Of a stretch of DNA of 64,000 nucleotides, positions 14,017 to 27,307 are shown one piece after another. A program made the translations under genes and the position numbers. This DNA comes from Octopus vulgaris (lineage: Eukaryota). Each line of letters begins with the position of its first letter. Within the stretch, counting starts at the first letter, position 1. Below the pieces are notes generated by a model. That model saw nothing but the letters and a program-made list of their open reading frames with translations, was not told where the DNA came from and did no database searches. The DNA lies in contig OX597817.1 in NCBI GenBank assembly GCA_951406725.2, forward strand, positions 74,152,001 through 74,216,000, written 5' to 3'.

Positions 14017-15114
14017 GGTATTGGTTTGTCTATATTCCCATCACTTAGAACTCAACTCCGCCCAAGACAATATATTTTGGTGTTGGCATTGTTTTGAAAA
14101 TTTGCCTTACACTTCACACTACGCCTGCTTAGTTGTTGATGGTGCTATTTAAACGCCAAACCAACGCATTTTGAACGTAGGACGCTTTAGTAGAGCTGGA
14201 ACAGATACCACTAGGCGTTCGTTCTGAGTTTCTACTTAACTAGTTCTTCACATATATTTCAGATTGGGCCGGCAAAGATTGGCCAAGTGATGAAAACATT
14301 CTGTGTTATAGATTGGCCAAGCGATGAAAGCACTCTCTGTTGCACATATCGCTTGACCAATTTTGTGTGTCTCGTTACTTAATGTGTCGGACTGATACTG
14401 GTTAAGAAATATGTTAAGGGTACAGCTATTGTGAAATGAAAACTCACATTATTTTTCACACTATAATAATTAAATAAGTAGTAACATTAAACGATCAACA
14501 ACTGTAATACTCACCGTGAAAGCGACGGAGGACCCATTTACTTTTACCTTCACGACTAACTCACATGTTGCCCTCTTCACTGCGGATCGCAACATTTGCT
14601 TATTTTTTATTACGCCTTTAAGTGACAGTTGAAAAAAAGCCAATACCAACAAAATGCTATAAATTTGTCTCTGATCACACATAGCAAGCCGTCCTACCGA
14701 GAAATGTAAGAAGCTGTTAACATTCAGTGGGCCATTAATTTTGATGTTTGTCGATGTTGTGTATGTCTGCATTCCTCCGTGTGTGTGTATGTGTGTTCAC
14801 AATACGTACATGTGTTTTTCGGACATATTTTTGCGCCTGTGCTTATGTACGCATGCGCGCATAAACGCTTGCGCACGCACAGTGAGCTCTTTTCTCATCC
14901 AATACTCGTCATTATTGTCAGTATTTATTATTTAATCCTCTAAGATTAGCAGAATCGGCAGGCCATTGTTGTACTACTTTTTACTTCTAAAGCTCTGTGT
15001 TCAAAACCTGCGCCGAAGTTAAGTCCGTGTAAGTAAAAGGATCGACTTCATCGACCAACCACTCCACTAAAAATTGCTAATCCTGTGCTTAAACTATAAA
15101 TTGTAATTTAATCC

Positions 15115-15375
15115 CCTTTTTCCAAATCGGGAAATAAGGTTTCGACGATTTGGTGCCATTCCCATCGATCGTCAGTAAATTGCTGTAACTTGCGCCATGT
15201 GCAATCTATTCCTCTCTGTTCGCATTCAGGTGTTCTGAGGCTGTCAATGTTATCTTTGGCATCCTTCCCCGAGCCATTCTATGTGCGAGGCCATACCATC
15301 TGAATCATCAGCCTTTTCTTTCAAGGGACACGCTATTGCAACTAGTTTTCCAGCACAGCCCTTCGTTTTGACATG
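15115..15375 (-). mobile_element. Decayed RTE-clade LINE 3' remnant
   Basis: Minus-strand frames give RWYGLAHRMARGRMPKITL and GIDCTWRKLQQFTDDRWEWHQIVETLFP, matching the RTE C-terminal pattern RW.GHV.RM..R.PK..L / TW..A.DR..W..V..L. Confidence 0.65.
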
Positions 15376-15430
15376 TGTATATATATCCCCAGCTTCTTCA
15401 CCACGCATATTTCTAACTGTTAAACTTGAA

Positions 15431-15478
<48 letters not shown>

Positions 15479-16758
15479 TGTGTCTGTGTGTGTGTAACGC
15501 AGTCTGTAGTCCGGTAGATATCCCAAAGATTACTAATGAAAGTTACACGATCTCTGAGTATTTGGCAAGATAATTTGCTTATAACGTTTTCTTTATATAA
15601 CTGACATCTATTGTGTAAGATGATGTATCTGAATGATTTATGAACATTTTCCTGTTCCTTTTTGGTTATATGCATGGGTGTGTATGTGTGTGTGTATTTG
15701 TAAATGCATGTGTCTGTGTGCATAATAACCTATATAATATATTTTGATACATTTTGTATGTATTACTTTATACGTGATCTCTCTCTTTCTAGCCACCTAT
15801 CTCTCTGGCACACATTACGCATATACTGACCGATATGTCTTTATACAACAGTGGTGTGAATCACCAACTATGACTCAATAAACTCTGGATTATGTTTTGA
15901 GTGCCACTTTCTCTTGAACACATGAACGAGTGTGAGTAGGTACGTACGTATGTAGGTGCGTGCGTACGTACGTACGTATGTATGTATGTGTGTATGTATG
16001 TATGTATTTATGTACCTATCTTATCTATATGTATATAATGTATATATTAGAGAGAGAGACAGAGAGTATGTGTGTGAGTAAGTGAATCACTATATCTGTT
16101 TTATGTTTAAGACAGTTAATAAAGAAAAATCTATTTACGTAAGAAATCTGAGCTCTCTATTTAACATTTGTAAAAAGTTTGTGTCGTTGAAAGAAGGAAA
16201 AAAGAAACCCTTGTCAATTTATAGCTACTCTATAAACCAAAGAATCTGCTGACTTGTAAAACCTGTATCTAACATCATTTTGTCAATGCAATTTTCATGT
16301 CTTTTAAACATCAGGTCAGTGATTCCTTTCATAAAACATTGCCGTAACAATTCTATATAATCAATCTAGTTTGACAACATTGGCCACGGGAGATCTACTA
16401 TAATGCCGAAAGAATAAATGTTGAACGTCTGTATCTGATTGTATGTATGTGTGCACATATTCATATTAAGTCAAATAAAGATATATTAAATATCATATAA
16501 GATTATAGACTCTTGATTTATTAAAACTATCTCTGCTTCCAGAAAAGATTGAACAGTCACTTAAATAGCAATTAGGACCAACTCCAAATGAGAAGAGGGG
16601 AGGGGTATAATCTCTAGACTCAAGAACTTTCTCTACAAAAATGGCGTGTTATATGTAATAACAAAATAATGGTGAAAGATCCTGTACGACAACTAACGGA
16701 AATGACTAAAACTAAATGAATAAACCCGTTTTTCCATCAGCCAAGTTTCTATCTAGAG

Positions 16759-16822
<64 letters not shown>

Positions 16823-16824
<2 letters not shown>

Positions 16825-17684
16825 CTTACTTGGAAAAGGATGAGTGGCGTTCGATCATATAATAATATAAATAATATATATATATATATGCATATATACA
16901 CACATGTATGTACATGCCTGCACATATATGTATATATACATGCATATATGGGTAGAGGACATAAAAAACAAAAGCATGGAAAACGAACTTTTTGATCGAA
17001 CGCCACGCATCCATTTCCAAGTAAGTTTTATCTTGATAATTCCGATGCGCACTCTGCAACCTATCTCTATTCTATCTCCCACTCTTGTTTTTGCTTTCTG
17101 TTTTTCTCTCCCACACTTTCTCTAATTCTCGTCTCTCCTTCACCTCTCTCTCGCTTTTCCTCTTTGACTCTGTCGTTGCTCACACGTGACCAACGGCTAT
17201 CTATCTTTTTTCTTCCATTTCCTTCTTAAAGACAAGACGTACTTTTACCTCTCTCTTCTCAAACCTCGTTTTTCCAGCGTACACCACTTCACCTCGTTAT
17301 GGTTTAACGGCCCTCGCTGTTTTTGTTTTAAATGTTTTGTTCTTACTGTCTTGTTTTTGTTACCACTTTAACCCTCCACAAAAAATCCCAAATTTTATTT
17401 AATTTGCTTTGCAGGAAGGACCGTTTTAACTAAGTCGCGTCTTGTCCCTACCTTCGATACGCGGAGTAGATAAAACAGAGAACAACTGATGGGAATATTC
17501 TTTATGTTGCCTGTCTCGTTTCTCTATTTGTTTCTTTCGTTGTTCGAAAAAAGTTCGTTTTCTATGCTTTTGTTTTATGTGTTCTCGTTTCTCATTTTGT
17601 TCGTCTTTTTGACGTTCTGTACCCATATATGCATGTATATATACATATATATGTGTGGCATGTACATATATATATGTGTATATA

Positions 17685-17738
<54 letters not shown>

Positions 17739-18342
17739 TTACTTGGGAGAGGATGCGTGGCGTTCAGTCATATAATAATATGAATTATATGCATATATAC
17801 ATGCGTATATGTACATACTTTCATCTATACGTAGATGTATATGCATATGTGGGCACAGGACGTCATGAAGCGTGTACAACAAGAAAGTACGAAGTACGAG
17901 TACATGGAACATGAATTATTCTTTCTAACAACGAAAGACACAAATGGAAAACAAAACAAACAACATAAAGACCAACCCTTCATCAGTTGTTGACTGTTTT
18001 TCTAGTCTCGTATTTCGAGCATTTAACAACAATATATGCTTTCGATAAAACATTTGCCCCTGCAAAGCAAGTTAAATAAAATATGGGATTTTGCGGAGGG
18101 TCAAAATAGGTAACACAAAGAGGATAATGAAAACAAACAGGAAGGGCTGCTAATCCTAAACGAGGTTGTGGTGGCGAACTTTCTAGAGAAACAGGCAACA
18201 ACTAATGAAGGGTCATTCTTTATGTTGTTAGTTTTGTTTTACATTTGTGTCTTTCGTTGTTCCAAAGAATAATTCATGTTCCATGAACTCGTGCTTTGTA
18301 CTTTTTTGTCGTACACGTTTCATGACGTCATGTGCCCACATA

Positions 18343-18390
<48 letters not shown>

Positions 18391-18440
18391 CTTTTTGACG
18401 CACACACTCTCTGGTCTTATTATGAATTCCTTCATTGAAC
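16823..18440. mobile_element. Cluster of related repeat termini in inverted orientations embedded in (TA)n; probably Penelope-like
   Basis: Several inverted homologies are visible (16823-16857/16993-17027, about 16880-16995/17550-17700, about 17835-17990/18197-18350), with junctions at (TA)n tracts. Confidence 0.55.
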
Positions 18441-20213
18441 GTAGTGTTGCATGCCGATTATGAGAAAAACACAACCATTTTAAATTTTGAATTTTTGATA
18501 TTTTGAAGCAATTAACTACAGCCAATTCCAAATCAGTGTGTTTCCGACAGTATATGCAAGGAAACTCAGCAGATATTCCTCTATGCCATTTTATGTCATA
18601 GACGACACCTGAAGAATATATTTGGGCCTCAGTTCTTTCAGAAACCGGAAACAGTGATATAGAGTGAGTGACTTGTGGTGATCTTAACTCTCATTACCCC
18701 CAAATACCTAGCTATGACCTTTTATTAAGCATGTTTCTGTTGAAATACTGGGCTTTGATTTTGTTTCAGCTGTGTGGTTAAGCAGGTCGCGTTGCAACTG
18801 TGTTCGGCTTCAGTTCCACTGCGCGGCATATTGGGCAAATGTCTTCTATAGCCCCGGGCCGACTGAAGGCCCATGAGCGAATTTGTTGGACGGAAACTAA
18901 AGGAAGCCTGTCGTGTATATATCTTTTTCATTACTAGTTTCAGGTGGAGAGCTGCGGCCATGCTGATGCACCGCCGTTGTGTAGTGTGTGTGTATTTTGT
19001 GTCTCCTAATCACCACTTGACAACCGTCCCCGTAACTGAGCGGTTCAGCAAAATAGAACGATAGAATAAGTACCAGACTTCAAAAATAATTAATGTAGTT
19101 GATTTCTTCGACAAAATTCTTCGTGTTGGTGTTCCATCGCAGTCACACTCCAGTAATTGATACAAGTGAAAGATTTAAAAAAATTGTAAAATGACATTTT
19201 ATTAAGCAGATGTTTGGAACATTGATTCAGAATTAATTTTTTGATTGAAAGTTTTACTTTAGGGCATTTACACGATGTTGGTGTCATAGAACCAAGAGGC
19301 AGTCTCAAGCGATTGTTAAATTTATCAACTCAGAAAGCAGTATCCACGTGCTTGCACATTGAAAAGCAAATGAAACTGCCTCGTTGCCACACTCATGTTT
19401 CGATGATTGGTTCTTTTGTTTGAGAGCTTATGTGATGGAGTAGACACGAAAACTACAACTAGTTAAAAAAAAAATGCAGTACATTACAGCATTTAATTGA
19501 AATTATTAATTTCTGTTGATTTTTGCCTTTAATGTTATTAAAATTCAGTTCAATCTCCTAATTCATTAACAAATGGTAAAGTATTTTTTAAATATATTTT
19601 GCCGATATATAGTTGTAGTTTTCGTAATTGGCGTACCGAACTACACTTGTGTAGAAATCGAAAAATAAGATTGGACCGTGTATCTAGAGAGGGAGAGAGA
19701 GAGAGAGAAAGAGAGAGAGAGATGGTCTCGGTTGGAACTTCTACCTCATTTTGTCCACAAATCTTGTGTAAACCTGAGAGGCTAATGGTGAGAGAAATTC
19801 TTCGCGAGGAGGTCGAACCCGATTGGGAAGCGAACAAAAACACACATATAAATTAAACACCCCCACCACCACTACACATACATACTGACAAGTATAAAGC
19901 ACAGGAGATATACAATAATATACTGTATCTTGAATGGAAAAGAAATGTGTGTTATTTCCGCGCAACACCCTAGCTTTCGTGTTCCGAGATGGAAAGCTGT
20001 TGTATTAAGTTTCAATTTAAAGTGTGAGCAGACTGGCAGGATGGATTACAAAATGACAGCTGTAAAACGTATAGATATATGGCTAAGGGAACAAAGTGCC
20101 GAAAATCTTGAAGCCCTCCACCACCTGCTGTTCTGAGAGTGCCTCTACATGGTCTGCCGACATCCTAAAAATAACAGCGATATCTCTTAACCTACACCCT
20201 ATCATCTTAGGGG

Positions 20214-21049
20214 AAAAAAATAACCGATATAATTTTTTTCCGCCGAGACTAATTCCACGTGGGAAAAAATGCTCTTCCTGCGCACGTGTGAAAATTTTCG
20301 CGCCGGTAAGCCGCGTCAGTTCCTGTCTGTTACTCCTAGAGTACATACGTGCTGTGCACACTCGTCAGCTTTTGGTTTGCATCGAACAGAGATATTGTAT
20401 CAAGTTTTAGCAAAATCTTGGTGATACTCAAGCTGAAACCACCCTGAAGGTTCAGCAGGCCTTTGGTAATGATACCAAGGGCAAAACTCAGATCAAGGGG
20501 TGATACAACTGCTTCAAACATGACCGCACTTCAGTGGAGAGCGAGGCATGCTCAGGCAGGTCATCCTCGAGCCAAAACGAGGAGTCGATTGAGAAGGTTC
20601 GGCGAATAGCCATGTAAAACCATCGTGTAACAATCCAGGAAACTGCGCACGAAGTGGGAATAAGTACAGGATCAGTGCATTCCATTTTAACAGAGGATTT
20701 GTGCATGCAGAGGGTATCGGCGAAATTCGTTGCCAAGGAGCAGCAGAAGCAATTCCGCATGGAAATCGCTCAGGACACGCGGGACTGTGCAAATAACGAC
20801 CCAGATTTCATGAAGACCATCGTCACTGGTAATTGAGACATGAACTTATAATCTACTCGATGCGTTCGGGCATCTTGCGTGAAAACGAAAACCCGACCAG
20901 CGCGCACTAGACGTCTGTACTCTAGGCGTAACAGCCGGGAGCTGACGCAACATATCGGCGCGAAAATTTTCACGAAAGCATTTTACTCACGCCACATTAG
21001 TTTTGGCGGGAAAAAAATAAAGTCGGATACTTTTTGAACGTACTTCGTA
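20214..21049 (+). mobile_element. Non-autonomous mariner derivative with a transposase pseudogene fragment and long inverted arms
   Basis: 20381-20835 reads IEQRYCIKF*QNLGDTQAET..KVQQAFGND..SVESEACSGR..RVTIQETAHEVGISTGSVHSILTEDLCMQRVSAKFVAK..DPDFMKTIVTGN, i.e. mariner HTH, WVP-like linker and first catalytic TGDE motif, with stops. The right end is ..TTTTTGAACGTACTTCG|TA. Confidence 0.9.
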
Positions 21050-21727
21050 TTAGTGATGTATTGATCAACCTAAACTTCTGCAGGTAAATACGTGCAGAAA
21101 TACGTAGGCGGAGCAGAGAGGAAACCGGATGAGATTAGCACGGAGAACAGGCAACATTTATTCAGTGTACGTGGGTGGTCGTGTGAATTTTTACGAAACA
21201 CAAAGAATAAATTTTTCGGTGATATGTAAATTATAAGGTTCAAGACGATTTCTAAATGAGAGACATGTTTGTCACATTTAAATCTTTTTCTTTCTCTATT
21301 TTATGCGCTTTTTCATGTAACAGATATTCAAAGAAACAATTCTTTGGTATTGTATGTTATTGAATCTGTTTGTACATTCATAGCTTCAGGATACAATATA
21401 GTTTAACAAAGTGGAATGTTGGGAATGTTTAAACTCAGCTGCGACTTCCTTTATGCAGTTCTTATACCTTACAAATAGAAAACCATAAATTTTGTATAAA
21501 AAGGTGCAGTCGGCTGTAACGGCATTTAAATCTTTGTTAGCATTTTTTTTTATCGATCTCCGAAGCATGATCAGCAGACTTCGGAGAATTTGAGTTCGAA
21601 ACTTAGGAACTCAGTTAAATATTTAAGACATTTTGTCTGGTACTCCACCGATTCTGCCAATCTACTGCCTTTTTTAAATGAATATTTAAATCTTATCACC
21701 ATTTTTGTATGACACAATGAACAGGGT

Positions 21728-21927
21728 AGTGGCTAATTGGCAGAATCGTTAGAACGTCGGGTGTAGTAATGCCTTGCAATATTTGCTCTGGTTTTCCACC
21801 GAGGTCGACTTTGCTTTCATCCTTTCGAGGTCGATAAATTAAGTACCAATTGCGTACTGGGGTCGATCTAATTGAGTGGCACTCTCCCCCCACATTTCGG
21901 GCCTTGTGCCTAAAGTAGAAAAGAATA
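21728..21927 (+). mobile_element. SINE family D copy with the alternative tail
   Basis: Same head and body as 13801 (TGGCAGAATCGTTAG, TTTCATCCTTTCGAGGTCGATAAATTAAGTACC) but ends CTCCCCCCACATTTCGGGCCTTGTGCCTAAAGTAGAAAAG. Confidence 0.75.
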
Positions 21928-22377
21928 TTTGCTCCGGCTCTCTGTGCTCTGTGTTCAAATCCCCCAGATGACAGCTTTGCCATTTTTTGTTTTACTTTGT
22001 GTGGTGGTGGGGGCAATAAATAATGTGCCTCTCACAGACAGTGGATGGATTAAAGGAATCAAGAGAGTGTCGGAATAGAGATGTTTGTTGTAGCTCTTTG
22101 CATTCTGAATTCCAAATTCCACATGGTTGCCGGTGGCCAAATCTAAACACGTAATCACGAGAGCAGCTCGTCCAGTTCACAATTAGCATGAATAGGTAGG
22201 ACTTAGCCAGTAATGATATGCCGAGAATTTATTCGGCAATGGATAGATAAAGGCAGAATGGAATAATGAATAAGGTCTTACAAGCTCTTTTTTCATTGGT
22301 TGTTCCTTTCTTGCATGAGAAAGGATATTGTTAGAAATCAATTTCAGTTATTTTTTACCTTTTTTTCCAGTAAATTA

Positions 22378-22591
22378 TTAACCCTTTAGCATTCAGATTA
22401 TTCTGTCAAAATTAATGCTTATTTATTCACATTGTGTTTAATTAATGCATTATCCTGAAACTTTGAGATTTCGATGATGTGACTTTATTTTTGGGATGAC
22501 ATTGTAGGATCGGTGTGAGAGGCCGGACTTGGTTAGTTTGAACGTAAAACTGATTTCGGCAAAAATTGTCCGGTTTAAATTCTAGAGTTAA
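22378..22591 (+). mobile_element. piggyBac-like MITE (about 215-225 bp, TTAA target site)
   Basis: TTAA|CCCTTTAGCATT left end; internal sequence shared with five other copies in the window. Confidence 0.8.
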
Positions 22592-23294
22592 GTTAATGGA
22601 ATGAAGCATATCCTGTCATTTAATCTTCCTACATGTGTTAGTTCTCATTTTCGTTTCAATTCTAGTCTTTATTATTAGTATAAAGAAGCAACTATTTTAA
22701 CTATTTGAATCTCTTCAGTACAAAGTAATTATGGGTTTGTTAATTACATTACGTCGTTTACACTTCAGAAAGTAATATTTTAATTATCAAATAAATTTGT
22801 AGAAACCAACCTCAAGTACTAAGCAATAAAACTGAAGTTGAGTTTCTTCTCTCAGGTTATTTTTTATTTATTAGTAGATTAAACGTTCCGTTCCTGTTAT
22901 TCCTGCTGATAACCACACACAGTCGCACTTGTATATATTTGATTTTTACTCGATCTGTTCTGAGATTAATGTGTGTGTGTCTGAGCGCTTGTGTGTATTG
23001 AAAGATTTTGTCCTCAGATAGCTTGTAAATTACTATAAAAACACCGAATAGAAAATTGACCAATGAAGAGGCCATTATTCTTTTTCCTTTTTTTTTTTTA
23101 CCCTTTCTTTCTTCTGTATCAGAGATAAACTTTTTTGTCAGGTGACCCCGAGGTCAACTATAAGAAAAAAATGATCGAGAAATATCTTGAACTCAAAACA
23201 TTTAGATCTTATTTAATATACCACCTCGCAAACGTTTAAACTCAAATCTATTATCAGTGAGTGACTGTATTTATGTGTGTACGTACACACCCCA

Positions 23295-23330
<36 letters not shown>

Positions 23331-24183
23331 CTGTGTGTGTATAAGATCTTGTATGTGTGTACGTGTAGATCAATACACACTGAAAGTATTTAGACTCTAA
23401 TGTTTTATTACCATAATACAGCTATTTTGTAAATCAGATAAGACCTGTCTTAATACAGGGTTGGTTATTAAACACAACTTTGTAAACAGTAAGTCTGTCT
23501 CACTTTCTGTCGTCTCCACCTATCTCATTCTCCGACCAGCCCGTTATTGCCCTCAAGTTGACGGTATTGAAGTCGTAAATGTGTTTTAGTTTTTTTTCCT
23601 CTTATTTTGATCTCAAGATCTCGAGATATTGTGTGGATATTTGGTGGATACTTTAATACCCAAAACTTAGCTTGCAAAGTGTTAGTTTATTTATCCTACT
23701 CTATGGTTTTTCTGTTCTTGTCTGTAATTAACTTTAGAAACTAAATGGTAATAAATGAACACACACACACACACACTTGTGCGCGCACAGGCCCTCACAC
23801 AATCTTCAAATTACTCTCACATATGTACACATATTTGCTCACACATACTAACTCATTTTTTTTATTCAAAGAAGGACGTACTTCAGTTTGCAAAAAAATC
23901 CTCATATGGAAGAGAAAAAAATTAACATCCTAGTGGGATTTGAACCATTCATTGGGTCTCGTACTCAAGAACTTCTTCGAAATTTGAATATATTTTCCCA
24001 TTAATACCTAATGGTAATTACCATTCTTTCACATTGCATATTATCGACAATCCACCAATTGCTTTTTCTTTTTGAGCCAGTGTGGGAATCTGTTTGGTCA
24101 CTTAACCTGCTAAAAAGAACAGCCAAATCTAAATTCAGTTCGTACGCATGTAGGGATTAAAGCATGGGCTTTAGAGCTTGCGC

Positions 24184-24350
24184 GGAGGCGCAATGGCCCA
24201 GTGGTTAGGGCAACGGAATCGCGGTTTCGATTGTGTGTTTATTGAGCAAAAACACCTAAAAGCTCCGCGATGCTCCGGCAGGGGTTAGTGGAGATCCTTG
24301 TTGTACTCTTTCGCCCCAACTTTCTCTTACTCTCTCTTCCCGTTTCTTGG
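24184..24350 (+). mobile_element. tRNA-derived SINE head, family E (resembles octopus OR-type SINEs)
   Basis: A-box TGGCCCAGTGGTTAGG and B-box GGTTTCGATT, followed by non-tRNA body. Confidence 0.6.
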
Positions 24351-24633
24351 GTAACGACTAGTGCTGTATGAGAAAATTTGGTTGACGGAAACCAATGTGG
24401 AAGCCCTTCGTATATAAAAGTATGTGTGCGTGTGTGTGTGTCCTCACTTCCGCTTAACAACCGGTGTTGGTTTGTTTACGATCCTGTTATCTAGCGGTTC
24501 GGCAAAACAGAACGATACAATAAGTACCAGACCTGGAAATTAGTACTGGGTTTGATTTATTCGATTGAGCCCCTCAAGACTTCGACAAACTGGGTGGTGT
24601 ACGTTTATTTGTATATTTGTTTAGACATTTTTA

Positions 24634-24838
24634 TCTTTCACTTGTTTTAATTATTGGACTGCGGTCATGCTGGTGCACCACCTTCAAAAATTTTTGCCAA
24701 GCGAATCGGCTCCAGTACTTCTTTCTCTGATTTTTTTTTTAAACAAGATACTTATTCTATCACTCTCTTTTGCCGAACCGTTAGCTTACGGGAACGTAAA
24801 CACACCAAGACCGGTTATCAAGCAGCGGTGGGAGTTAA

Positions 24839-24869
<31 letters not shown>

Positions 24870-25036
24870 TATATAAAAGACTCGCTTCTTTCAGTTTCCG
24901 TCTACCAAATCCACTCACAACGCCTTGGTCGATCCAAGGCTATAAGTTGAAGACACTTTCCCAAGGTGCCACGGCTGTGATATTGAACCCGGAACCATGT
25001 GGCTGGAAAGCAAACTTCTTACCACCAGCCACGCCA
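24634..25036 (-). mobile_element. SINE family A, full-length copy
   Basis: Homologous to 13362-13737 end to end. Confidence 0.85.
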
Positions 25037-25811
25037 TAACTGTGTGTGTGTGCGTGTGAGTATGTATGTATGTATGTATGTATGTATGTATGTATGTATG
25101 TATGTATGTATGTATGTATGTATGTATGTATCTGCGTGTGTGTGCTTCGACAGACTATGTGTGGTGTACGTTTATTTGTATATTTATTTAGATATTGAAT
25201 GTTTCTATTAAATATTATTAGTGTGCGCGCGTGTGTGGTCGAGGCCTGTGATATCTACCTCCAATACGGTCATATGTATGTACGTATATATATATATATA
25301 AATGTATATTCCTATATCGAATGATTTTGAATTTAAGATATTCATGTGTACTTCTTCGTGTGTAACAGCCTGCCTCCCTGTGTGTGCATGTGCGTGGTCT
25401 TTGATAATAATCAAATCCAATACATATGTAGGCATGTATTCGGTTGATATTTAATAGTTGTGTAAAGTGTGTGTGTATGTGTATGTGTGTGTGTTTATCC
25501 CCTGCAACTCTCTAAGTGCCAAGATAATTAGGATTTGGATGTCAGTACTTGAGCGTGTTAGTGTATGTATGTATATATGTATGTGTATGATGCGTGTATT
25601 TATTTATGTATAAGTGTAATGTGTGTACATAATTACGAATTTTGCTATCAGCTAAATACATTAATACATTTATAGCTCTGTGTGTATACGTGTGTGTATG
25701 TTCATCAGTCCACACGTGTTAGTAATATGTATAATATTAAGCGTGTGAAGCATGTGTGTGTGAAATTTTGAGTTGTAAATAATAAGGTATGTTGCTGTGT
25801 GGTGTCACTTT

Positions 25812-25854
<43 letters not shown>

Positions 25855-27276
25855 GTATTTTAAAGTGGTCTGGAGATGAAAACTTGGAACACTTAACAGG
25901 AATTTGTGAATATGAGATATATGATGAGATTGTGTGAGTGTGAGTGTGATTGTATGTATATCTATTATAATATATGACGAGAGATTGTGCGAAAGTACGT
26001 ATCTTTTGTGATGTATAATGTGAGATTATGAGCGCATGCGTGTATGTATCTACGCATGCATGCATGTATGTATGTATGTATGTATGTTTGTGTGCGTGTG
26101 TGTCTTGCGATGTATGATGAGAAATAGTGTAAGTGTATATTGTGCGCGAGTGTATGTGTGTTCGAGAGCGAAAGCTTTTGTGTGTATGTGTGCACACGAA
26201 CATTTATAACTCGACGTTTGCAGTTCTGAGTGTGTGTGTGTGTGCACGCACTTTTATGTTGTGTGTGTGTGTGTGTGTGCGCGCGCTTGTATGCATGTGT
26301 ATGTAGTTTCTTATATATTCAAGACTGAAAAGAATATATATTTCCAGATTTAATATAAAGCAGGTGACATTTTCAACCAGTCTATGAGCTAAGCCCTAAC
26401 TAACCTGTCATGTCATCAATATGGCTTATAGAAATCAGTGAAAAAATGATTCTTAAACAGAAATAAAACCTTATTATTGTATATATGTGTTTGTATATGC
26501 ATTGTTGTTGCTCTTGCTTCTATACAATTTCTTCTTGTACAGAGCATATTGCTATACATTATTACTTTTACTTTTCATTCTCTGGTTGTTATTAACGCTT
26601 GAGTTATTTTAGTCAACTATACCGGCCCTGGTACATGTTTGACGTAGGTACATATTTTTATCGTTTTCTATTTAACGAATGTCTAAGTTTTATTTTTGAT
26701 ATAAACGGACGCAACTCGACACCAAGACAAACAAGTACACGACGTACACACAAACCTTTACACCTACCCTCTTATAGACATATATTACATCTATCCACTT
26801 ATATACATATATTATATTATAGCGCTGCGATTAGTCGTTGGTAACATGAAACTCAGATTAACAATTCAAGAAGCTTGTTCTTACGTTAAATATACAAACT
26901 CTGCTTTTAAATATTGTCTCATATGATTTGGCTTTATGTCAACAATTTGCCTTTATTAATTCCTAAATACCTACCATATGTATTTACAACACATTCTTGT
27001 TTCACACATGCGCACACATACATACACAGATGCGTATTAGATATAATATGATATATATATATATGTCATCTAATATGATATAACTTTTTACTGATTGCAT
27101 AAAAAAGGCACCCAATATACACTGTATAGTAGCTGGTGTTAGGAAGGGCACCAAGCTATAGAGACCATGCCAAAGCAGACAGGGAACACAATGTAGCCAT
27201 TAGGTCCACTGGGTCCTGTTAATCTGTCCAACATATGCCAGCATAGAACTTAAATGATTTAGGATATATGTATGCA

Positions 27277-27307
<31 letters not shown>

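Noticed and set aside
20381-20836. Functional or domesticated transposase gene
   Set aside because: It has several in-frame stops, a deleted start codon and is truncated at the first catalytic motif.
23480-23500. GTAAGT donor as the end of the missing first exon
   Set aside because: The upstream sequence does not encode a hydrophobic helix plus YDD and does not end in the AG needed for the split Ser codon.
24184-24260. tRNA genes at the A/B-box motifs (also 35226, 42011, 13362)
   Set aside because: There is no complete cloverleaf, and each runs into repeated SINE body sequence; these are SINE heads.
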